Positions 41,445 to 53,400 of a stretch of 64,000 nucleotides of DNA are shown in pieces (the first letter of the stretch is position 1; every line of letters begins with the position of its first letter). Below the pieces are notes generated by a model. It was not told the DNA's origin and searched no databases. It saw only the letters and a list, made by a program, of their open reading frames with translations. The translations under genes and the position numbers were made by a program. The stretch is from NCBI GenBank assembly GCA_040954595.2, contig CM082586.2, forward strand, positions 2,423,124 to 2,487,123, given 5' to 3'. Source of the DNA: Balanoglossus misakiensis (Eukaryota > Animalia > Hemichordata).

Positions 41445-44400
41445 TTTGGTTCGATAATTGGTCAGTCTTCAATCCTGAAGTACACTGCATGCCATGGTAT
41501 TAGCTGTAGTATTCGACTTACCCACATACATGTATTGTAATACACTAATTAATCTCATTCATTTGTTAAGTTCCCTATTCATTACACGAAGCAAAGACAG
41601 TTGTTCTACTGTCTCAGCAGTCAAAGTAAGGTATTCTATGCATCCTGTGTATCCCCCCTATATTTGCCATGGTAAGGTCCACCACACAATATGCACAATG
41701 GGAATATCACATCACACAGGGGCTACCAGGGGTGACAGGGACTGAATAATGCCACAGCTAAGAAAGAGTGTAAAACACTTGCTTTGTGATGGCTATCCAA
41801 TGCGAGGTCTTCAGTGTCCTTGTTGGCTGACAGATAGACATGTGGCCATCTGTTTACACGCGTGAGTCTCTTCAGTGTCAGGGGCTGAGAAGCCTGTGTG
41901 ATGTGGAGGCTCACAAACATTAATTTGCCAAATTCAAAACGGATTTAAAACAAAACATGTATTTCACATCCACAGCACATTGGGATATTAAACATGGATG
42001 ACAAATTTAAATGTGACTGGTTTTAGTTTGGTGGGGGGAATTCATGCAATTTGGAACTCTAGATGAGATTAGGTAAAAATAATTTGAAGCTTGTTTTTAA
42101 TGAGGGTATTATACTTCCACGCATGTACGCTAAGCCACGACCACAACACACACACTGAAGCGCAGAAGCTTAAAGCGCAGACTATCATCACAAGCGATAC
42201 GAGCAACGAGGCAATTGGTTTAGTGGACTTCACAAGTCTCACTCTTATGCCTGTGTGGTTTGCTGAAATGAGAAGTTCACATACTCAGCAAGGGCTAGGT
42301 AGCCTAGTTTGTTTGAGTTTAACATTTGGATTGAGATGAAAGAAAAGGACAAAATTGCACATCCAACAGAGTCCACTAAACCACAGCTAATACACATGGC
42401 ATGCAAACTTCACGATTGAAGCTAAGTAACACAAAGGTGAAATGTCCGATCCCGGGCTGGTGATTCAGTTACTGCTCATGCTGACTGAAATACAGTACGT
42501 CAAGATTGATATAAAATTCAACTGTATCAGTCAGAAGATGTTAAGCCATGCAGATCTGTGTCAGCATTATTGAAGAACTGTACGACAGAATCTAGCACAG
42601 CACTGGTGACATCTACTGCCATGCATAGTCCAGTTACAACTTCTTATAACGTTTGTCGACAGACATTTGATGAAATCTTTATAAACTCCTTAGGTTTAAG
42701 ACATTACATTTAAAAATACAGAAACACACAAGTCTAAAAATAAAACCTCATGCACATTAAAATAACTTAAATGCTTCTTGGCATTTTATAAAGTATTTGT
42801 TCACATTACAGCAGCTCTATGTTTAACAACATGCATCGTTCCATGCAAGAAGAACCCAAAACACCAAACCCTGACATGCAAAGTTACACCTTTACACAAT
42901 TATTTATATACAAGCATTAAAACAATATCCATAACTATATTACTTACAGGTTCAGAGGATCAAAATCGTGCATAAAATGCTTTTGCGGAAGATGAACAAC
43001 TTCCGCGAGACATGCTTTTATTTCGTAACATACGCACAAAACACTTTACAGTGCAAGTGCTTCAGGCACTTATACAGTGCTGTGAACGTATTTTTGAAAC
43101 AAACCAGATTTAATGCTGTCACCCTTTCTTGAATAAATGGACTGATCCACAATTCAAGTTAGAATTAGGATCATTCCACATCACTAGGAGAGTGGGCAGC
43201 AGTAAGTGCCTAAAGGTACGATCTGGAATCTGTATACAAGTGCAAATAGCATCCACCAATAATGATATCACTGGGAGATTTAATCCACCCTTACCTGTTT
43301 CTTCTTCTGTCTCTCAGCCTCCGCTCCTGTCACTTCTGGCAAAGTTGTCTGGAGGAAGAAAGTTAAAAATATCAAATTTATAGTCAAGTCTTACTTTATT
43401 GAAAAAAAATGAATGTTCCTAATTAAACAAGCATCCAGCCAAGCTTGTTTACTTTTTAACCATGTCTTCTAAAATTGTAGCAATGTCCTAGAATTTAAAG
43501 AAATGTGGTCAGCAAGCAACTATGCTAGCCCAACAAATTAAAGCTTTTTCCCTGCTTTTTAATTTATTATTATTATTTTCAAAATGAAGAATTATGAATT
43601 ATAAATCATTTAAACTGAGCGAGTATTGTCAGTGATAAAGATTACAACTAAATCTGCATCATTAACATTATGATTAGAACATTAAGTTATTGTTATCAGC
43701 ATGTTAAGTATTTTATTTTGTTACAATGACAACATTTTGGACTTTCTCAAAGGAGATGACTTACAGACTGAATTGGATCCCGATGTGTTTCCTGATGCGT
43801 GCATTTTTTTATAAAAATGTCAACATCACGGAGGAAAAAGAACAACACACAATATAAAATCAAAGATGTGGTACAGATGTGCAGAAGTTTAAGGGAGAAA
43901 TAGATCATGTGATGAAATCAACAAAAACACAAAATATGGTCGTTAGTCACAACAGAAATCAACACAGTGAACTTTAACATTGAATGTCAGAAAACAGAAA
44001 ATACAATTTGAATGACAGTGACTAAAAGGGAAGTATAACATTACTTTGACTGTATCAACATTACTGGTAACTGCCTTGATCCAATATACATTATACCAAT
44101 GTGGTGATGAGAGGGATAATCCAACAAAGCCCAAGGAAAACCAATCAATGAACTTACAGGGACACTCTTTGATCGCTTCTTTTTCTTCTTTTTCCTTTTG
44201 TGTTTTCTTTCTTGTGTATCTGTTTCTACTTCTGGAGGTAGTTCAGGATCTATTTCACTGTCACTATCACTGGAGCTGTTGGTTTTAAAATAGAAAGATT
44301 TGGTAGAACTCACACTATCATCCTTGAAAATAGAATCTATGTCTTAATGTCTGATGTGATACTTTCTGACATAATCAGTGACAGTAGAACTACACACTGC

Positions 44401-47400
44401 AGTCAATGCACCGAGCAAAAACACCCAAAATAATCTTAAAATCACAGCAAATATCCTTGAAAAAATGACTCACTCTGATTCAGCAAATGCCCTGGTGATG
44501 TCTAGATCTTCCAGGATCTTGATGCAGCCATCAATGGTCTCCACTGACATGTCATCTATGATCTGTATTGCTGACTGTTTACTGTCGATGTTCAGTCCGA
44601 CGAGTAGATTCTTTGGCAAGATGGCTTTTGGCTGCTCTTTGGTTTTGTTGTTGTCGTCCTGTTTTTCTTTCTTCAGGTTGTTCATTCCTGGATTCAAAAG
44701 ACATCCAAGTATGACGTCGAAATATAAGCATCTATGATGCATGACAACATTTCGTGATAAGCCTTGAAATGATCAACACAATAAAAAGACCAATACAAAA
44801 CAAATGACACATGTGGTACATGTATCTCACCCTGATCACTGTCGGAGTCACCCGGCATTGACGGAGGTAGCATTCCTCTTTTCTCCAGGATCTGGTGAGT
44901 CAGTTGCTTCGTCAGTTCAAGAATCAACTCAGTGTACAAGCTGGGAACGAAATGCAAGACAAAATAATCACAAATGATTGCAAAGTGTGGTGTTATTCAG
45001 ACGTGTTACACGGTCAGTGTGAGGGATTGCATATGCTGGTGCGTGTGGTGTTAATAGCACAGAATACACACTTGTCAGTCAGTTTATGTGCATAGGCTAA
45101 AAGCAAGTGTTTAGAATGGCTGTAAACTTTCAGACGACTCAGACATTTTGATGGAAAGGCAGGGTCTGAATAAAATGCTTCTCATTGTTTTTCTTTATAA
45201 TTATACTTCGAATCAGTAAACACAACAGTAACCCATTTCTACATAGAGAGTTCAGCTTGCAGTTAAGTGCCATTTTCTGTGCCTAGTGCATATACACTCA
45301 ACGTGCGCCAAGACTGCACTGACTTATAGAGTCAGAATTAAGGGAAGGTTTGTTGGAAAAACTGGGGAGGTTTACCTGGTCGATTGCACACCTCTAAGTG
45401 TTGTCAACAAGCGAGAAAGACGGAAATATACAAGATTGTGGTGAGACAAGAGAAAAATCATTCAAAGCAGATATTAATTGGCGTGTAACCCTTTCACCCC
45501 CAATTCCCTCTTGAGAGGTCCAACTTTACCACAGGAAACAATAGGTCTGGACTGAACCAATGTGGTGAAAGGGTTAATGAGTTAAAGGAACGTATCTTGT
45601 TAAAGCAAGTTGGTAAGTTGGCTTGCAAATGCGCATAAATGCCTAGTGGTGATAACAAGTCTTTGATAAGTATAAGTTTACATTTCTTAGGAACCTTATC
45701 GAAAACGGGTAAAAAAATATCATTACCTCTTGTTTTCTTTGGCACGGCTGTATTCCAAGACAACTTCGCAGAAATGCTTGCCCATGGCTTCAAAGTCCCT
45801 GGTTGTGAAGTGTCGAGGTGGATCAGTACTGTGTGGTAAAACAAATGAAGAAACTATCAAACACTGAAGAAATCCAAATATTACAATATAAGCAGTCCCC
45901 TCACTATAGATTCTGGTTCGATTAACCCTTCCACCCCCAGTTCCCTCTATAGGGGTCCAATCTTACCATAGAAAACAATGAGCTTGGACTGAACCATGGT
46001 GGTGAAAGGGTTAAAGACTGACTGAATGATTCCTACCTGACTAAGTTTTTGCTGCCACAGAACGTGGCCTCCATTGTAAAGCTGTTCATGATACCCATTT
46101 GTCTCCACATGACAACTCTGCCTGTTGATTCCTTGCATTTCTTCACTTGGAACTTACAGCCACGGAATGAGAACTTATCCGGTGCCTGGTAAAAAAAATC
46201 AGAGAAAAAATTATGAAAAAAAAATCACAATATAGCATCAGTGGGCATAAAAAAATGATGTCAGTGTTTTTATTTTACACAGACCGAGCATCACAGTGAT
46301 TGATGACCAACAATAATTCGTATTGACTTCCTCTTACCTTGATGGAGAGTATCCATGGAAACAGTCTCTCCTGTAGGAAGATAGCTGCACTGCTCTCTCC
46401 ATCCTTGGCCTGGGTGTTGCATCCATAGATGAAGACGTTGTGTTTGCGACTGTGTCCATGGAGATCACAGTACACCACCAACTGATGAAATAGATGAAGA
46501 ATTTTTTTTAATTTATTGATATCATCTTGCAATTTCTCTCCAGAATATTTCTATTTTGAAAGCCTCTCTTGCTGTATATTAATAAAGACTCTAACCAACG
46601 CACACATCTTGGATATTTCTACAGATGCAGGGTCTGAGACAAGACAAGTCTGATAGGAATCAAATTTTCATACCTCGTATTCCCGGGAGAATTCTTCCAT
46701 CATGTTCTTGATATGCCAGATGGTCGGAAACGATTCCTTCCTGGGGTGTCTGTAGTTCCTGTTCAGATCCCTGGCAGCCAATGAGCATCTGTAGTTACCG
46801 ACTATCACACCATCTGGGTTCAGCATGGGAACTATCTTGAAGACAAAGTTCCTCCTAAGTTCCTGTTGGTAATGAAAGTGAATGGTTGTCACAAACACCT
46901 TTCCACACATGATGTGTCTTCAGTACAAATTTTGCATCAAAGTTACCAGAAACAACTATCTTTTACAGTTTCGTGAACTTTGCCTTGAGAGACCCCTATG
47001 GCACAATTCCAAAAGTTCCAGGCCCTAATAAGTGTGCTTGAAGATGCTGAAACTAATCTGCCAATCTTACCTTAGCCTGGGCATCGTTACTTGTGAGGAA
47101 ATCGAGTAATCCTTTCATCATCCAACTTGAGTTGGTCTCTCCTGGATGAACCCTGGCTGACACCACCACTCCCTTCTTCTGTTCTTGATTTTTGTTCTTG
47201 TCTGAGAAAACACATGGAAAGATAACGTTCTGTTATTAAGTTGGCTGTAATCATGGTGTTTATATATTAGAAAAGAAACAATATTTTTATTTTCTGATCA
47301 CAACTTAGAAAGAAACCATTAAACTCTACCTTCAGGGGAAGATACAGTGACGAGGAAGCAGCTATTCCCGGCCCGTGTTTCACACAGGACTTCTCTCTTG

Positions 47401-50400
47401 ATGAATTTCTTCCTGTCGGGATCGGTGACCAGCAGGTCTAAGTGTTCCTTCAGGTCGGTAAATGTGTATGGGTAACAATGGGCAAGATAGCAGGTGTCAT
47501 TGTCATGGGGAAATTCCTGTCAATGAAAATAAAATATGAAGGATGAATTCTCAGATACAAAAAAATTAAGGCATATGGTCTTCATTAGGAATTGATTGAA
47601 CCACTCTTGTACTGCACACATGGCCACTTACACCGGTATGTAAAACCTGTCAAAACCAAACACCAAAGGGACAGAAAAAATGACCGGTTTATAGAGGCAT
47701 GTGGTTCTATGTCAGAGGGATGGGAAAAGATGTTCAGTATAGAAAAATTTCCAGAATATATAGGGTTCGGTTTGGATAAGTTTTACTGTATAAGGATATA
47801 ACTGCAAAATACTGTTTCATAAAAATGCAACGGTTTCATTTGTTTGTAATACCTGGGTATACATCTACTCCAAAACTTACCATTTGCCACTCCAGAACAT
47901 GATAAACCATTTCCGGGTGCAGCAAGGGATTCCTTGTGAGGTTGTAATTCCTGGAGTAACTGATGTGGTGACCTGTACGGATCCACCCACTGTCGTTTTC
48001 CTGAGCGTTCTTTTCTGAGTATAAAAGTGGCCTCATACCTGAAATGGTAAGAGCAATAAATTGATAAAGAATCATCCTGATATTTGGTCTAAGAATTAAG
48101 TGCGTTCAATGAGAAACTGGACACCACTCACCGTGATTATAAAGGCTATCTCTCTTGAGTAGATTGACGATATTAAACTTGTAAGTGACCCCCGGAATGA
48201 CACGCTGTAGTCTGAAGTAGAACCACTGTGTGTGTCTGTTTGTGTATAAATCTGTCTTCAGCACCAGCTCGTACTCAAACTGACCTCTGGAAAATATAAA
48301 TCACAGAAATTTCATCAATGAATCTAGAGTTCATACACTCTAAACATCTGGAATTTTCTTGGAAGTTTTCCAGTATATCAGAAGTCCTTTATAATGCTCC
48401 TTTTTCATGAGATTGTGTAGTGGTGACTTGACTGCTTTAAAGCGACGATAAAGAACGATTTTAAAGAAACTTCATGACAAACTTACATCCTCCTAGCCTG
48501 CCTGAGATTGCCTGATTCAAACCTGGACTCGAACATCAAACTGGGAGCACAGCCTTCCGGCACATCGTGTGGCACGCTTCCTTTGGTCGTTCTCTCGGAA
48601 TCGAACACGGATATGATCCGGTCCCATCGCCTGGTGAACTTGGTCTTTTGATTATGGATGGTCTGGCCATGGTGTGGAACTGTGGAGGGGAAAAACACAG
48701 CATTTATTCATTCATATATCATTCTTGGGGTAAATTTTACAGTGACAGATGCAGGTGTATGATGAATTTCCATCTTAGATTTTTTTCAGGAATGAGGCAT
48801 AGATTAATAGGAGAAAAGGGGAAACAAATTTACAACACAAAAATCATGCACAGCACATATGCATGAAAACGCAAACAAAAATACACCCACTCACTCACAC
48901 ACATACTTACACAGCCCCACAGCCACTAATCAAACACACTGACCCAATACAATGCAATATCTCACTCAATCACAGCTTTTGAAGTTACTTGCAAGACTAC
49001 TGTCTGAATTTATAACAAGAGCACAAAAAATTCACTCATAAAAAGCAATAACGTTTGAATAATGTTTTATTGATCACATTGATTTTTGCAGGAAGAAAAA
49101 ATACATTTCTATGAAGCAAGAACACACTGATGTATGTTTCAGGTGCTGCAAACAAACTGGTTTCACATCTGCCTAGAGGCAACAAGTGAAAACTGCATCA
49201 GTAACAGACATTTTTCATTGTTTCTATATCATGAACTTTCTGTTCATGCCTCTGACAGTTCCCACTCGTTCAATATGTACCTGCTTCTAAATATCGATAC
49301 TGCATTAAATTTACCTGTGACTCAACAGAAACTAGGAATGTTTGATGCATGGAAGCTTATGGATCTGACAACCCGGAATAATTCATTTCTCGCAAACAAA
49401 GAACCTGTTTCACACTTGGGCATTAACCGACAATCAAATCATCATCAGTAGCACTTGGTTACTATGGAAACAAAGCCAGGAGTGTGATCTGTTGGTTGAT
49501 GGGGAATTTTTAAATTAACACCCATGTTGGTTACAGTTATCTGTTATGTTTCAAGATTAAGTTCGATCCTGTTTTGGTCAAATAACTCACCTGCATTTGA
49601 GAGCAGTTCAGGTTGCTTTGGCTCGCGGCCCTCAAGATGACTTGGTGTTGCAAACAGTGGTCCGATGTAATGTGGGGGCCAGTAGGGTCCATGTGGCCAC
49701 ATGCGAAAATCACACTCGCATTTCCTTTTCTCCGGCAACGTGTAACAATGCTCATGATCACACGAGCATGGTGTCCTCCCGCGCTCCATGCCCTGGGTCA
49801 CCATGGCGGTGCTGGAGACGTTGATTTGTGGAAACATGATTGCACTTTGTGAAATGTTTACTGGCAGATAACGAGTTTGAATGAATCAAACTTTGGCAGT
49901 CGGAGACAAAACGAAATTAGCACAACCTGGGAGTGTATTTTCGGCTCGGTAAATCATCCGACAGAACGCGGCCAGCAGATCCATGTTGGTCTTGCATCTG
50001 GCAGACTTCAAAGTCAACACAAAAGAGACTGAGAACAACTGTCTGTAGCCTCATGTCAACTCCTGTAGAATTTACACCATCCCCCACATCAATAATTCAA
50101 AGTTCACAAGCAACGCACTTGGTCTTCGTATCCTACAGCCACCACTCAAAACTGGTAATCATCCTTCTCGCTGCACACCTCCGAAACAATCCGTGACATT
50201 TACGACGAATTCTAATGTCTCGGTAATTTAGAAAGCCCAGCAACGTTGTCAGCCCTGACGTCAAATCACACCGCACTCTGCTCGGAAACCAAAGAATGCA
50301 AAGTCTCTATGAACAAGGCATGATATTAAGCTGAAACTGGTCGAACACAAAGATCTAGTTATGCAACGCTGAAAATTTATCCCTCTGACGCCTGTTATTC

Positions 50401-53400
50401 TTTCAGAATTTTCATTCTAATAAAACTTTCCTTGGAGTTGTGACTGTTAGACTCAGACTCTAGACTTTGATTTAGGATTATAGGTTTACTGTGGTTGACT
50501 GGCCTGTCTCGATTGGTACACTGAGAAACATGGCACCAATTTTGGTGAGATCATTCAAATAGTGGCAAAATTAACATGTTATACAGGTCACAACTTTGTG
50601 CATTAAAATTCAGTTATGAAGGGGTAGAAACTAGAGATTCCTTCGGTTTTTCCACCTTCCATTATAACCTCACAAAAGAACAAAAAACCTACTCAGGAAG
50701 AACTCAATGTCAAGCCCATATATCAAAAACAATTGCTAACCAATCTCCTCCACACTGAGGGGACAATGCTCTCTCAGGATAGCAGCAGCACAAACAATGG
50801 CACGGTTACTATGGTCGGCCCATGTGTACGACTTTAATGCACAGTTAGATAGCCCTGATGGGAACCACGAACAATGTGAATGTTATAAATAGTAGCGTGT
50901 TTACAGCCTCATTGTGAAAGGAACAACAGGCCAATTTCAAGAATGGACAACAACAGTAGTTGACACACCCTAAGTCAAAAGAGAAAAATATGTATTACGT
51001 GGAGTGGAACTTGCAATCCTCAGATCTTACTTACTTTCAATACATTTATATTCCACATGTGTCGAAATCATTTTTGTCTTTCATATACGAGAGATCCTTC
51101 ACTACAGCCTGACGTCACAATAAATGTAAGCAACAAGATTTTTCCAATACCTGCTGTCTATACAGCTCGCCAGCTTTTGAGTTGTGAATAACGTTGCTAT
51201 GGTGACAGAAATGGAGCTTTTGAAATTCAATTGCGATTGAAATCAGAAATGATGGATTAGATGCATACGCATGTACTCCAATCTCACGAATTGATTTCAC
51301 CATTTCAACATAATCTTTCCAATACAACCCCTGTAAAGCTCATTTCACAGTTTTTCATCACCGCACTTTCAGAGTCAGCCTCCTTCAATAACCAAACCAA
51401 TTTTACTAATTGGAAAGAGTGAATGGGTTTCAAATTTATTCTACCTCACAAACTGAAAATCGTTTTTCCTGTACTGCCTTTACAATTTTTGACGTGAGAT
51501 TTTTCAGTGAATTTAGAACTGACAAGTGTTTCCATGACTGCTTCATTACTAGGCTAGCCTACAACCAAGCTACTGTTAGCTGTACCTTTGTTAGGCTAAT
51601 GTACCATAGCTTGTATTTAGACTACTGGTCAAACAGGTGCTAGGTTGAATCTACCAAGAAACGAGTAATATTTATCAAATCTATGAATTTCTATATACTA
51701 TGATTTCCCACACAAAAATGGAGATTGCTGGTTGTTTTTTATGAGAAAACAATATACGCTAAGCTGAAGACTAAGATGCCAATAGTGCTGATATAATACC
51801 TGATTGCAGAGCATTAGATAGAATGTGTTGAGATTTTGGTATCCGAGAGTTGTCCCTCCACATGAACGCAGGATTCGGAAGCCGGTCGAATTCCTTATTT
51901 GTCAGTATCCACACAACGGGCAAATCTGTACAGCCAGGTAGTTACACGCAGGATATGGATAGACAAGATGGTACGAACCTCTCCAAGTGCAACTCCAACG
52001 CAAACCACAAAACTCTTTTAAGAGAAGACGCAAATACTCAGGAGAGTCCACAAGTGCATCGTGGTCGTCAGGGTAAACGGATTAGAGTCGCCAGAAATAC
52101 ACTTGATATAAAGTGGCAGAGTCAACAACACTGGCTGCTAATCAAGAATAGTTATTTGTTGATTAGTAGTTATCAGACGACCAGTCCAAATTCCATTCGG
52201 CGGGGCGAAATATCGCCAGGGAAGAGGGACGCTGGCAGGTTTGACGAAGGGTGGGTCAAACCCTTCAATCAATTAATGGAAGACCAAACTCCACATTCAC
52301 ATTATCTCTCCCGTCATCACAGGTCTTATTTCTCAAAATTTAAAAACTTTGACAGTGTCTCGTATGCCAGTCTTCACCTTCACAGGAAATGGTCGAGTCC
52401 AGTACAGATTTGACTTGCCTATAAAATAATCGCTTTGCTTATGATCAATTTTTAAACATAATGGATTAATACGAAATTAGTTTTCCACTGCCCGGCTACA
52501 TACCTGAATTATTCAAAGTCTTCTGAGATATATAGACGATAGTCTGCAGTGTGGGTTTTATGAAAACTGCACAACTGATATTTGAACCATAAAATCAATA
52601 ATTGATATAAGACCATTCCTGAATCAGCCCAACCAATGAAATGAACTTGTATAACAACTTAGAAATCATCATATGCACCAATAGTCCACTGGCAAAGTCT
52701 GAATAACATAATTTTAATTGGGAATCAGATCTCAGTTTTGTGACAAACATTTGATGTCGGTGACTTTTTGTAGTTCACTCCAGTGTCACCTAACTGACAC
52801 GACACATTATGATCTTTTTTATGAGCTGCTAAATTTAACCATCACTGTTTGCAGGGTCAGGCTATTTGGAGTGTGTAACGGAAATTCATAATTGGCTTCA
52901 GAAGCAAATTCTCAACACCTTTTTTCCCCACGTAAATGGCAGATTAAAATAAAGTGAAACCGATCTCCGTGTTACTTCACTCCTCACCTTCTCAGCCTTC
53001 CCTAAACCCCCTTTACTTTCTCCAAACAGCTTTGAGAATTGACTCAACACAACAGGGCTTTAAAAAGCACAAAAAAGAACACTTTGAACAAAGTGTGTTG
53101 AGAGTGCTAACACGCACCGCTAATCTCTCCAACTCGAGTTGACCAGTTCATAAAAACTCCAAACTGACTCTTGTTCAGGGCGGATATTCCCTGATCCTCC
53201 ACACAATGAAATCACCATGGAAACACCAAAATATGTTTGCAGCCCATTTTAACTTTGTTTCAGGTCTATCATCCCCACTCCACACAGCTGCAAATGTTCC
53301 AGAGCGCAAAACACAAAGCAGACTGTAAGGGTGTAAGACTATTTTTATTTCAGCGGAGACATGTAACACTGGTGACAGAAGTTCGCCCAAATATTTGCTT

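Noticed and set aside
51850-52413. 187-aa plus-strand ORF nested antisense in the CCP intron
   Set aside because: Starts at TTG, has no recognisable domain and no convincing splice structure; treated as chance unless transcripts are found.
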